64,000 nt of DNA from Deltaproteobacteria bacterium (GCA_004283055.1 SHLP01000006.1:5131-69130); one strand, 5' to 3'; shown: positions 18,626 through 27,621, counted from the stretch's first letter. Notes: a model not told the origin generated them from the sequence alone. Program-made: numbers and translations.

Positions 18626-20323
18626 TTACTCCTCGATGAACATCAAATTCTGCGCACTGCGCAGAGCGTCCTTTAGCACCTTTCCCGTCGCGTTGCGGGG
18701 AAGCGGGGCGCTGCGGACCTCCCATTCGCTCGGAACCTTGTAGTAGGCGAGAACCTCTGCGACCCAGCGCTGCATTTCTTCGATTCCGAGCCGTTGGTTC
18801 GTCTCCCAGACGACGATAGCCTTGGCCACCTGACCGAGCTCTTCATGGTCGACGCCGATGACGGCTGCCTCTGCAATTGCCGGGTGTGCTTCCAGGCGCT
18901 GCTCGATTTCAAACGGATAGACGTTTTCTCCGCCTCGCAGAATCAAATCGCGCTTGCGTGAAGCGATGTACAGCTTGCCGTCTTGCAACCGTCCAATGTC
19001 GCCGGTACGAAGCCAGCGCCCGGCACCAATGGCGTGACGGGTCGCTTCGGGATCTTCCCAGTACTCACGCATCACCAGAGGTCCGCGCAGATGGATTTCT
19101 CCTTCTTCACCCTCCTCGACGGGCTTTCCTCGTGCGTTCCGGATTTCGACCTCGACGACCGGTACCGGGCGACCCACCGAGGCCGGATCGGCGCTGAGCT
19201 CTTCGCCCACGTTCAGGGTCGCGAAGGCAGTGCCCTCCGTCAGACCGTAGCCGACGCCCATGGTGTGGCTGCACTGGGGAAAGAGCCCGCGCGCCTTTTC
19301 GATCAGCGGAGCCGGGATGGGCGACCCGCCGCCTCCGACCGAGCGAAACGAGCTCAGGTCGTATTGACCGACTTTCGAATGGTTCAGCAGCCGGTGAAGC
19401 ACGGTGGCGGTATAGCCCCAACCCGTAATCTTTTCGCGTTCGATGAGAGCAAGCGTCGTTTCGGGGTCGAAGCGCCCCATGGGCCAAACCGTCTTGGCGC
19501 CTCCCGCGAGCGCCGTGACCGCAGCGCAGTGCAATCCGGAGACGTGAAAAAGCGGGCTCGTCACCAATATGCTGTTGGCAAGCTTCGGAAGCTCGGCTGC
19601 CTTGGGATTGGCCATCATCAGCCGCGCGCCGTGAAAGAAGCTGACCATCAGCATGTTGGTCACGTTGCCGTGCGTGTGAACGACGCCCTTGGCGCGGCCG
19701 GTGGTGCCGCTGGTGTACAGGATGATCGCCGGATCGCTCTCGTCGATGGGCTGCCTGGGGAGCTCTGCGTTTGGATACTCCCCGAGCAGCGCGTCGAACC
19801 CGTCCTCGACGATCAACATCGGTACACCGGGGTCGCCGCTGATTCGGGCGGCCCGCTTCTCGTCCGCGATCAGCAGCTTCGGCTTGCTGTGGCCGAGCGC
19901 ATACCGAATCTCGTCTTCGGTCCACCAACCGTTCAGGCCTACGCAAATGGCGCCGAGGCTCACACTTGCCCAAAACGAAACGATCCATTCCGGGCAGTTG
20001 GCCGCCAAAACGGCCACTCGGTCTCCACGGCCGACGCCGAACCGCTCTGCAAACGCTGCGGCTGCGCTCGCCACGAGTTTTTCATGATCGTCGAACGTGT
20101 AGCGTCGCTCCCGTTCGCCAGATCGAAACACCATGTACTCGGCGCCCGCAAACTCTCGGCCGCGCAGCAGGACGTCACGAAGGGAGCGCGCTCGCTTGGC
20201 GAACACCCGAACGCGCTCCCCAAGCACTTCTTCTTCGGCGAGCTCAAACGGCGCACCCGGCGCGAGCAGCTGTGCTTCGACCGCTGCGAGTCTGCTGGTC
20301 GCGGATGTCGTGGGATCGTTCAA
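18626..20323 (-). CDS. Acyl-CoA synthetase (AMP-forming, ANL family)
   Basis: 565 aa. AMP-binding motif YTSGTTGRAKGV and TGDIG motif. Confidence 0.85.
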   Translation of the reverse strand: MNDPTTSATSRLAAVEAQLLAPGAPFELAEEEVLGERVRVFAKRARSLRDVLLRGREFAGAEYMVFRSGERERRYTFDDHEKLVASAAAAFAERFGVGRGDRVAVLAANCPEWIVSFWASVSLGAICVGLNGWWTEDEIRYALGHSKPKLLIADEKRAARISGDPGVPMLIVEDGFDALLGEYPNAELPRQPIDESDPAIILYTSGTTGRAKGVVHTHGNVTNMLMVSFFHGARLMMANPKAAELPKLANSILVTSPLFHVSGLHCAAVTALAGGAKTVWPMGRFDPETTLALIEREKITGWGYTATVLHRLLNHSKVGQYDLSSFRSVGGGGSPIPAPLIEKARGLFPQCSHTMGVGYGLTEGTAFATLNVGEELSADPASVGRPVPVVEVEIRNARGKPVEEGEEGEIHLRGPLVMREYWEDPEATRHAIGAGRWLRTGDIGRLQDGKLYIASRKRDLILRGGENVYPFEIEQRLEAHPAIAEAAVIGVDHEELGQVAKAIVVWETNQRLGIEEMQRWVAEVLAYYKVPSEWEVRSAPLPRNATGKVLKDALRSAQNLMFIEE

Positions 20324-20337
20324 GGACGTGCCCTGCC

Positions 20338-20742
20338 TCAGCGCGCCATCTTCTCGCGGAGCTGGTCACGCAGCCAAGCCTCGGCCGAAGGCGTATCGCG
20401 AAACATCCGCACGGGGATTGGGCTCGGCGCCACCCAGGAAATGGCCGTCCAGAGGCCTTGTTGAATCGCATTGCTGAAGATCATTGCGCCACCGGCACAG
20501 TTTGCGATGAGATGGCCGCGATCACGGTCGATCCACTCGCTGATGCCTTTGCGCTGCGTTGCAGGCACCCGACCCACATCACGCGCGTCGATGATCACGC
20601 CGTAGACCTGTCCGCGGCGCGCCCATTCACTCATGACGCCGAGGTGCCGTTCCCATTCGGCGTCGTCGCATAGCCCCTTGTACGTCATGCGCATCAGTGG
20701 CTTTTCGGTCTCATCGAAGATCACTTGGCCCATGGCGTTCAT
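20338..20742 (-). CDS. Hypothetical protein, paralog of 23287..23769
   Basis: 134 aa, inside the acyl-CoA synthetase/thiolase operon. It aligns by eye with the 23287 product (ATQRKGISEWI / ARHRQTLAEWL; PSPIPVRMFRDTPSAEAWL / KPPIRTITTPDAASAAEAV). Confidence 0.5.
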   Translation of the reverse strand: MNAMGQVIFDETEKPLMRMTYKGLCDDAEWERHLGVMSEWARRGQVYGVIIDARDVGRVPATQRKGISEWIDRDRGHLIANCAGGAMIFSNAIQQGLWTAISWVAPSPIPVRMFRDTPSAEAWLRDQLREKMAR

Positions 20743-20769
20743 GCTCAGTTTAGTCAGCCTCGAACGGCC

Positions 20770-21534
20770 CTACAACGTGTATCCCCCATCGACGAAAATG
20801 GTTTGCCCGGTAATATAGCGGGCCCGCGCCGATGCGAGAAATACCGCGGCGTCGGCGACCTCCTCCGGAGTCCCAAAACGCCGAAGAGGCGTGTTTCGAG
20901 TCGCCGCATCGATCCATTCCTGGCTAAGCTCACCGCGTTCGACGAGCTTCGGAAACATTCCCGCGTCGACCACGCCCACCGCGACGATGTTGGCGCGGAC
21001 GCCGTTTCGACCCTCCTCTCGTGCGATGCCCCTCATGAGCGCCTCGATCGCGGCCTTGGGTGCAACCGAGAGCACATCTCCTGGCGGAAATCGTTTCAAG
21101 CCCGCCGAGCTGATGAACACGATGGAGCCGCGGCTCTTGCGAAGATGCGGGAGGGCCGCGTGCGCAACATGAAAGAAACCGTTCACATCCCATTCCATCG
21201 TGTTCCGCCACTGTTCCGGCGTGAGCTGGCTGATGTAGGGCTGCTCGATGTGTGTGCCGGCGGCGTGCGCAAGGCTGTGTATCGTACCGTGCTGCTCGAC
21301 GAGCCCATCGAGGCAGGCCTCCACGGAGTCGAGGTCTCCGAGCTCGATCGGGTGTATCGAGCAATGGCCGCCTCCAGCACGGATGCGTTCTGCGACCGCG
21401 ACCGCTGCATCTTCGTGGTGGCGGTACGTGATCGCGAGCGGAACCCCGGCTGCCGCAAACCCAAGCGCGATCGCGCTCCCGATACCACCGCTCCCTCCGA
21501 CGACCAGCGCTACGCCCTCTGGGAAATCAGCCAT
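20770..21534 (-). CDS. SDR family oxidoreductase
   Basis: 254 aa. VVGGSGGIGSAI motif and a classical SDR pattern. Confidence 0.8.
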   Translation of the reverse strand: MADFPEGVALVVGGSGGIGSAIALGFAAAGVPLAITYRHHEDAAVAVAERIRAGGGHCSIHPIELGDLDSVEACLDGLVEQHGTIHSLAHAAGTHIEQPYISQLTPEQWRNTMEWDVNGFFHVAHAALPHLRKSRGSIVFISSAGLKRFPPGDVLSVAPKAAIEALMRGIAREEGRNGVRANIVAVGVVDAGMFPKLVERGELSQEWIDAATRNTPLRRFGTPEEVADAAVFLASARARYITGQTIFVDGGYTL

Positions 21535-23158
21535 GCGCCAGCTCCCGAAGCTTGAATTTCACCACCTTGCCGGTCGCGTTGCGAGGCAGCGCCTCGACGA
21601 TCTCGACGCGCCTAGGGACTTTGAAGTTCGCCATGTTCTTCCGGCTCCAGGAAATCACTGCGTCGGCTGCAAGCGCCTGACCCGGCGCTGGGACGACGAA
21701 GGCCATCCCGACCTCGCCAAGTCGCTCGTCCGGCACCCCGATGACCGCAGCCTCACCCACGCCCGGCATCTGCAGCAAAGTGTTTTCGATTTCCGCGGGG
21801 TAGGCGTTGAAGCCGCCTACGATGAACATGTCTTTGAGGCGGTCGGTGATTTTGAGGTAGCCCCGCTCGTCCATGGTTCCGATGTCGCCGGTATGAAGCC
21901 AGCCCTCTGCATCGATGGCTCTTTTGGTTTCGTCATCCGCATCGAAGTAGCCCTTCATGACGTTGTAGCCGCGAACGACGATCTCGCCGGGCTGGTTCGC
22001 CGGAACGGCCTTGCCTTCCCGGTCGATGATCCGAACCTCGACATCCGGGATCGCCCGCCCGCTGGTCGTCGCGATGGTTTCCGCATCGTCGTCGAGTCGG
22101 CACATGCTCACGACCCCGCAGCTTTCGGTCAGTCCGTAGGCCGTAATCACCGTGTCGAAGCCGAGCTCGTCTTTCATGCGATGGATCAGCTCCACCGGGA
22201 TGACGGCTGCGCCAGTGACCGCCAGGCGTAGGCTCGAGATGTCGAAGCGCGAACGATCGGGGTGGAGCAGCATGGACTGATAGAGCGCAGGAGGCCCCGG
22301 GAGCATGGTGATGGCATCCTGCTCGATGCGTCGAAGCACCACGTTGACGTCGAAGACCGCTTCCGGAAACACCGTAGCGCCGCGCATCAAGGCGGAAAAC
22401 CAGCCCGCCTTGTACCCAAAACTATGAAAGAACGGCAGTACGATCAGATATCGGTCACCCTCGCGAAGCCCGACGATCGAGCTCCATTGATCGAAGGTGC
22501 GCAGGTTCTGTGCGTGCGTGCACATTGCGCCCTTGGGCTTGCCGGTCGTGCCTGACGTGAAAAGGATGTCCGCAAGATCGTCGGGTCGGACCTCGCTCGC
22601 GCGATCGGCCGCCGCGTTCGACGGCGCCTCCGAGGCGAGCTCGAGGAACGCGTCGTAGCTCAGTGTGCCCTCGGGGGCGTTCCCGCGCAGCACGATGATC
22701 TGCGCGAGTTGCGGAAGGTCTGCCCCGGCCTCGCCTAGGAGCGCGACGTAGTCGACGTCGAGGAAGCCGGTCACGGTGAACAGAGCTTTCGCGCCGCTCT
22801 TTCGGAGCAGGTACGCCGCTTCCATTCCTTTGTATCGGGTGTTGACTGGAACCAAGACCGCGCCGACCGTATGAATGGCCAAGGCACAGACGATCCACTC
22901 CCAGCTGTTCGGCGACCAGATGGCGACTCGATCGCCCTTGAGAATGCCCGCGGCGATTAGGGCCCGGGCCGCCTCGTCCACCCGCTCGGCAAGCTCGGCG
23001 AAGCTCAGGGTCATGGCGCCGTCTACGATGGCCGACCGATTACCAAGGGTTTCGGCCTGATTTTCCAACATTTCTGGAATCGTCTCGACCATGGCGCCCG
23101 TGATATCGCCATCCCCGAGCTTGGGCAACAGAGGACAACGGGTCACGGTATATTTCAC
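21527..23158 (-). CDS. Acyl-CoA synthetase (AMP-forming)
   Basis: 543 aa from the GTG at 23158; an alternative ATG is at 23092. FTSGTTGKPKGA and TGDIG motifs. Confidence 0.85.
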   Translation of the reverse strand: MKYTVTRCPLLPKLGDGDITGAMVETIPEMLENQAETLGNRSAIVDGAMTLSFAELAERVDEAARALIAAGILKGDRVAIWSPNSWEWIVCALAIHTVGAVLVPVNTRYKGMEAAYLLRKSGAKALFTVTGFLDVDYVALLGEAGADLPQLAQIIVLRGNAPEGTLSYDAFLELASEAPSNAAADRASEVRPDDLADILFTSGTTGKPKGAMCTHAQNLRTFDQWSSIVGLREGDRYLIVLPFFHSFGYKAGWFSALMRGATVFPEAVFDVNVVLRRIEQDAITMLPGPPALYQSMLLHPDRSRFDISSLRLAVTGAAVIPVELIHRMKDELGFDTVITAYGLTESCGVVSMCRLDDDAETIATTSGRAIPDVEVRIIDREGKAVPANQPGEIVVRGYNVMKGYFDADDETKRAIDAEGWLHTGDIGTMDERGYLKITDRLKDMFIVGGFNAYPAEIENTLLQMPGVGEAAVIGVPDERLGEVGMAFVVPAPGQALAADAVISWSRKNMANFKVPRRVEIVEALPRNATGKVVKFKLRELAHG

Positions 23159-23286
23159 CCGCGTTCTGGGATTGACGCGACGTGTTATGGCTTCATGCTC
23201 CCGCCGTTTCTTAGGAACCCTCAGTTTTATGAGGATTCCTCACTTACGTTTTCGCGACACTTGTTTCTTAGAGATTGGCTTATCGA

Positions 23287-23769
23287 ATGGACTGGGATTG
23301 GCGTGCGCGCCCGACCTACGAGTCGGACCGCCTGGGCGTCGACGGGAGACTCTTCCCCGTCGTTTTCTACAACATGAAGCAGCCGCGGCTCGTCGAGAAC
23401 CACGAGGTTGACCTCATGCTCGACTCGGCGGATTCGCACCTTCAGCGTGAGCTTCCGTTCGTTGCGCTGGTCTTGCAAAGGCGAGGCGCGGGCGTGATCG
23501 CGGCCCGCCATCGTCAAACCTTGGCGGAGTGGTTGGTCACGCGTCGCGAGGCCCTGGTACGCAGCGACCACTCGTTGGTCGTCGTCGTTCCGGAATCGAT
23601 CCACCGGGCTGTGCTTCGGGTCGTGTACCGGTTCCGAAAGCCACCTATTCGCACGATCACGACGCCGGATGCCGCGAGCGCCGCGGAGGCCGTGCGGACC
23701 GAGCTCCGGCGGATGAGACAGCCCGTCAGCGTCGAAATCGAGGGGTTCCTTCAGACACTGGCTCGCTGA
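23287..23769 (+). CDS. Hypothetical protein, paralog of 20338..20742
   Basis: I prefer the plus-strand ORF (23275..23769) over the overlapping minus ORF because of its paralogy to 20338..20742. The ATG at 23287 was chosen, so the start is uncertain. Confidence 0.45.
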   Translation: MDWDWRARPTYESDRLGVDGRLFPVVFYNMKQPRLVENHEVDLMLDSADSHLQRELPFVALVLQRRGAGVIAARHRQTLAEWLVTRREALVRSDHSLVVVVPESIHRAVLRVVYRFRKPPIRTITTPDAASAAEAVRTELRRMRQPVSVEIEGFLQTLAR

Positions 23770-23798
23770 GCGCGCTCTCGTCGGCTTGACCGGCGGAC

Positions 23799-23812
23799 TG
23801 AAACGCGTTTCA
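23799..23812. promoter_or_regulatory. KstR-type operator candidate TGAAACGCGTTTCA
   Basis: Perfect palindrome about 30 nt upstream of the echA GTG. It is preceded by GGCTTGAC (a -35-like element at 23783-23790). Confidence 0.6.
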
Positions 23813-23840
23813 CTTCGGCCCTGCTTCGAAGGGACGCGCT

Positions 23841-24602
23841 GTGGGCATTTCATACGGAATCATTGATGGAATTGCCGAAATCGTCGTCGACTATCCTCCC
23901 GTGAACGCCGTTCCCGTGGCGGGTTGGTTCGAGCTGGCGGAGCGAATCACCGAAGCGGGCAACGACCCCGAGACGCGCGCCGTCATCCTGCGGGCCGAAG
24001 GCAGAGGCTTCAACGCGGGCGTCGATATCAAGGAGATGCAGGAGACCGAGGGGTTCGATGCGCTGCTCGGCGCCAATCGCGGCTGCTGGGAATCGTTCAA
24101 AGCGGTGTACGAGTGCAAGGTCCCGGTCATCACCGCGGTGCACGGCTACTGCGTCGGCGGTGGAATTGGGCTGGCCGGCAACTCCGATATCCTGATCGCC
24201 GCCACGGGGACCAGGTTCGCCTTGCCGGAGGTCGATCGGGGCGCACTCGGCGCGGCGACTCACCTCGCTCGTCTCGTTCCCGCGCTCAAAATGCGAGCCA
24301 TGGTGCTCACCTGTGAGCCTGCGACGGCGGAGGAGCTCCACAGCTGGGGCTCGGTCTACGCCCTGGTCGAAGCCGATCAGCTCGCGGAGAAGGCGAGAGA
24401 CGTTGCGCGCGCGTTTACGAAAAAGATTCCTCGCGTCGTCCGTGCGGCGAAGGAGTGTCTCAACAACATCGATCCCGTCGACGTGAATCGTTCGTATCGC
24501 TTCGAGCAAGGCTTCACATTCGAGCTCAACTTGGCCGGCGTGGCGGACGAGGCGCGTGACGCGTTCGTCGACAAGCGCGACCCCGTCACCGATAAGAAGT
24601 GA
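23841..24602 (+). CDS. Enoyl-CoA hydratase/isomerase (EchA20-like)
   Basis: 253 aa with a GTG start and a crotonase fold pattern (GRGFNAGVDIKEM, HGYCVGGGIGLAG). It is followed by CoA-transferase A/B and NMO genes, as in echA20-ipdABC. Confidence 0.85.
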   Translation: MGISYGIIDGIAEIVVDYPPVNAVPVAGWFELAERITEAGNDPETRAVILRAEGRGFNAGVDIKEMQETEGFDALLGANRGCWESFKAVYECKVPVITAVHGYCVGGGIGLAGNSDILIAATGTRFALPEVDRGALGAATHLARLVPALKMRAMVLTCEPATAEELHSWGSVYALVEADQLAEKARDVARAFTKKIPRVVRAAKECLNNIDPVDVNRSYRFEQGFTFELNLAGVADEARDAFVDKRDPVTDKK

Positions 24603-24614
24603 GGTAGCTTCGTA

Positions 24615-25457
24615 ATGGACAAACGCATGACGGTGGACGACGCCGTTGCCGAGGTCACCGATGGCATGACCATCGGGATTGGGGGATGGGGCTCGCGGCG
24701 CAAGCCGATGGCCTTCGTGCGAGCACTGGTCCGTAGAGGCGTGAAGGATCTGACGGTCGTCTCCTACGGCGGTCCCGATATCGGTATCCTTTGCGCGACC
24801 GGGCAGCTGAAGAAGGCCGTCTACGGTTTCGTGTCGCTGGACTCGATCCCGCTCGAGCCGCATTTTCGAAAAGCGCGGCAGAACGGAGCACTCGAGGCCG
24901 TAGAGCTCGACGAGGGAATGTTTCTGCTTGGGCTCCGAGCTGCGGCCCAGCGGCTGCCGTTTTTACCCACGCGGGCGGGGCTGGGCTCCGATGTCCTCAA
25001 AATCAACCCGCACCTCAGAACCGTCAAGTCGCCCTACGACGACCGCGAAGAGCTCGTCGCCGTGCCGGCGCTCAAGGCCGACGTCGCCTTCATTCACATG
25101 AATCGCGCTGACGCCGCGGGAAACGGCCAGGCACTGGGCCGTGACCCGTACTTCGACAACCTCTTTTGTATGGCGGCGAACAAGGCATTCATGAGCTGCG
25201 AGAAGATCGTATCGACGGAGGAGCTGGTGGCTGGCGGTCCGCTTCAGAGCCTGCTCATCAATCGCATGATGGTGAGCGGCGTGGTCGAAGCGCCGGGCGG
25301 CGCGCATTTCACCGAGTGCCCGCCCGACTATGCGCGCGACGAGAAGCTCCAACGGGAGTACGCGGCGACCGCCAAAGACGAAGAGGCCTGGAAGGCGTTT
25401 CGAGCGAAGTACTTGGAAGTGACCGAGTCCGATTACCAGAACGCGGTGTCCAGATGA
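24615..25457 (+). CDS. CoA-transferase subunit A (IpdA-like)
   Basis: 280 aa. The pattern DGMTIGIGGWGSRRKP is typical of glutaconate/3-oxoacid CoA-transferase alpha subunits. Confidence 0.8.
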   Translation: MDKRMTVDDAVAEVTDGMTIGIGGWGSRRKPMAFVRALVRRGVKDLTVVSYGGPDIGILCATGQLKKAVYGFVSLDSIPLEPHFRKARQNGALEAVELDEGMFLLGLRAAAQRLPFLPTRAGLGSDVLKINPHLRTVKSPYDDREELVAVPALKADVAFIHMNRADAAGNGQALGRDPYFDNLFCMAANKAFMSCEKIVSTEELVAGGPLQSLLINRMMVSGVVEAPGGAHFTECPPDYARDEKLQREYAATAKDEEAWKAFRAKYLEVTESDYQNAVSR

Positions 25458-26218
25458 GCCACGACGAAGTGTCGCGCGCGGACGTCTGCGCGCTCGCCAT
25501 CGCAGAGTGCTTTCGCAATGACGGTGAAATCATGGTCAGCGCGATGGGAACGAGCCCGAGCCTCGGCGCCCGACTTGCGAAGTCGACGTTCGAGCCCGAC
25601 TTGCTGATGACCGATGGGTTCAACTTGCTGCTCCGCAATGTGCTCCCCCTCGGCGCCGCGCCAAGCGATGGTGACGTCGAAGGCTGGATGCCATTTGGAG
25701 CCGTGTTCGACACGCTGTGGTGGGGACGCCGTCACGTCATGATGGGCGCATCCCAAATCGATCAATTCGGCAACCAAAACATCGCGTGCATCGGCCGATG
25801 GGAGAAACCCAAGGCACAGCTTCTGGGCGTACGGGGAGCGCCTGGCAACACGATCAACCACGTGACCAGCTACTGGGTTCCGAATCACAACGACCGCGCT
25901 CTCGTGGCCAAGGTCGACATGGTGAGTGGGGTCGGATACGACCGCGCCGCTGCACTGGGTCCAAACGGGAGGCGCTTCCATGAAATTCGGCGCGTCGTGA
26001 CCAACCTCGGCGTCTTTGACTTCAACACTCCCGATCACCGAATGCGCCTGGTGACGCTGCATCCCGGCGTGGAGCTCGAGCGGGTGCTCGACAACACCGG
26101 CTTCGAGCTGGTCATTCCCGATGGGCTGGACGTGACCCCGGTCCCGACCCCAGAACAAATTGGCGTCCTGCGCGAGCTCGATCCGCAAGGGTACGCCCGG
26201 AAAGAAGTCGTAGAATGA
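25454..26218 (+). CDS. CoA-transferase subunit B (IpdB-like)
   Basis: The start was set at the ATG at 25454, which forms an ATGA overlap with subunit A. 254 aa. Confidence 0.8.
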   Translation: MSHDEVSRADVCALAIAECFRNDGEIMVSAMGTSPSLGARLAKSTFEPDLLMTDGFNLLLRNVLPLGAAPSDGDVEGWMPFGAVFDTLWWGRRHVMMGASQIDQFGNQNIACIGRWEKPKAQLLGVRGAPGNTINHVTSYWVPNHNDRALVAKVDMVSGVGYDRAAALGPNGRRFHEIRRVVTNLGVFDFNTPDHRMRLVTLHPGVELERVLDNTGFELVIPDGLDVTPVPTPEQIGVLRELDPQGYARKEVVE

Positions 26219-27612
26219 GTGCTCAGAAGAGGACGACGAAGCCTCCCGCCAAGAAGCGAAAGCCGGCTGCCCCGAAGAAGCGGAAGTCCGCTGCGCCGAA
26301 GGCAAAACCCAAGCGAACGACGAAGGCTCCCGCCAAGAAGCGCGCTTCGGCCGCGCCGAAAGCGAAGCGGACGACCAAAGCACCGGCAAGATCCGAAGCG
26401 CCGAAGGCCAAACGTACCCAGAAGACCACCCGAAAGAAGCGCGCGTCCGTTGCTCCCAAAGCGAAGCCGAAAGCCAAGGCGCCCAAGAGCAAGCCTCGGG
26501 TCAGGGTCGCCGCTGCGCAGGCAACCAAAGCCACGAACGCGACCAAGCCCAAGACGACGAAGTCGGCTCTTCACACCCGCATCTGCGACATGTTTGGCAT
26601 CGACTATCCGATCATTCAGACCGGCATGGGCTGGGTGTCGGGCGCGAGCCTCACATCAGCGACCAGCGGGGCGGGTGGTCTCGGCATCTTGGCCGCTGCG
26701 ACGATGACATTTCGGGAGCTTCAAGAGTCGATCGCGAAGGTCAAGAGCCGCACCGACAAACCCTTCGGCGTCAACATGCGTGCCGATCAGTCCGATATCA
26801 TGAAGAGGGTCGAGCTTCTCATCCACGAGAAGGTGAAGGTCGCGAGCTTCGCACAGGCGCCCGGTGAGCGTGTCATCAAGACGCTCAAGGACGCAGGCGT
26901 GCTCACCATGCCGACCATTGGCGCTCGTCGCCATGCGGAGAAGGTGCAAGCCTGGGGAGTCGACGCAGTCATCGCCCAAGGCCAGGAGGGGGGCGGCCAC
27001 ACCGGACAAATCCCTACCTCGATTCTGCTTCCAGACGTCTCGGCGGCGGTCGACATCCCCGTCGTGGGCGCCGGCGGTTTCCGCGACGGCCGCGGCCTCG
27101 TTGCAGCCTTGTCACTCGGAGGCGCGGGGATCGCAATGGGAACGCGCTTCTTGCTGACGAAGGAGAGCCAGGTGCCGGAGCACGTCAAGCGGATCTACCT
27201 CGACACCAAGGCCAACGGCACCGTCGTGACGAAGGCAGTAGACGGCTACCCCCAGCGGGTCATTCGAACTCTCCTCATCGACCAGCTCGAAAAGGCCAAC
27301 CCGCTGACTCGGTTCCCGCGCGCGGCGCTCAACGCCTTGTCGCTCATGAGGGTCACCGGCACTTCGCTCCCCGAGCTTCTCGAGGAGGGGCTCGCAATGA
27401 AGCAGAACCAAGAGCTGACCTGGGCGCAGCTAGCCATGGCGGCGAATGCCCCGATGTTGACTAAGGCCTCGATCGTAGATGGGCGCGTCGAGGCGGGCAT
27501 TCTGCCGACAGGCCAGATCACCGGGGTCATCGACGAGATTCCGAGCGTCGCCGAGCTCCTTCGACGCATCATGACCGAGGCTGAGGCAACGCTCGAAGGC
27601 CTGGGCGCCTGA
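26215..27612 (+). CDS. Nitronate monooxygenase/enoyl reductase family protein (IpdC-like) with a ~120-aa Lys/Ala/Pro-rich N-terminal extension
   Basis: ATGA overlap with the subunit B stop. Residues 1 to ~120 are KKRK/APKAK repeats. The NMO domain starts at ICDMFGIDYPIIQTGMGWVS and contains QGQEGGGH. Confidence 0.75.
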   Translation: MSAQKRTTKPPAKKRKPAAPKKRKSAAPKAKPKRTTKAPAKKRASAAPKAKRTTKAPARSEAPKAKRTQKTTRKKRASVAPKAKPKAKAPKSKPRVRVAAAQATKATNATKPKTTKSALHTRICDMFGIDYPIIQTGMGWVSGASLTSATSGAGGLGILAAATMTFRELQESIAKVKSRTDKPFGVNMRADQSDIMKRVELLIHEKVKVASFAQAPGERVIKTLKDAGVLTMPTIGARRHAEKVQAWGVDAVIAQGQEGGGHTGQIPTSILLPDVSAAVDIPVVGAGGFRDGRGLVAALSLGGAGIAMGTRFLLTKESQVPEHVKRIYLDTKANGTVVTKAVDGYPQRVIRTLLIDQLEKANPLTRFPRAALNALSLMRVTGTSLPELLEEGLAMKQNQELTWAQLAMAANAPMLTKASIVDGRVEAGILPTGQITGVIDEIPSVAELLRRIMTEAEATLEGLGA

Positions 27613-27621
27613 GCCGCAGCA

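Noticed and set aside
23247-23275. GTTTTCGCGACACTTGTTTCTTAG resembles the inner arm of the REP unit (GTTTTCGCGGTGTGC...CTAAG).
   Set aside because: Only about 10 contiguous matching bases are present and there is no GGGGACACGC terminus nearby. It could be chance or a very old remnant.
26215-26574. The repetitive DNA encoding KKRK/APKAK could be a tandem repeat, a CRISPR-like array or a low-complexity non-coding spacer.
   Set aside because: There is no fixed repeat/spacer periodicity. The region is in frame with the enzyme domain, starts at an ATGA overlap and keeps coding-like G/C third positions. It was kept as a protein-level finding instead.
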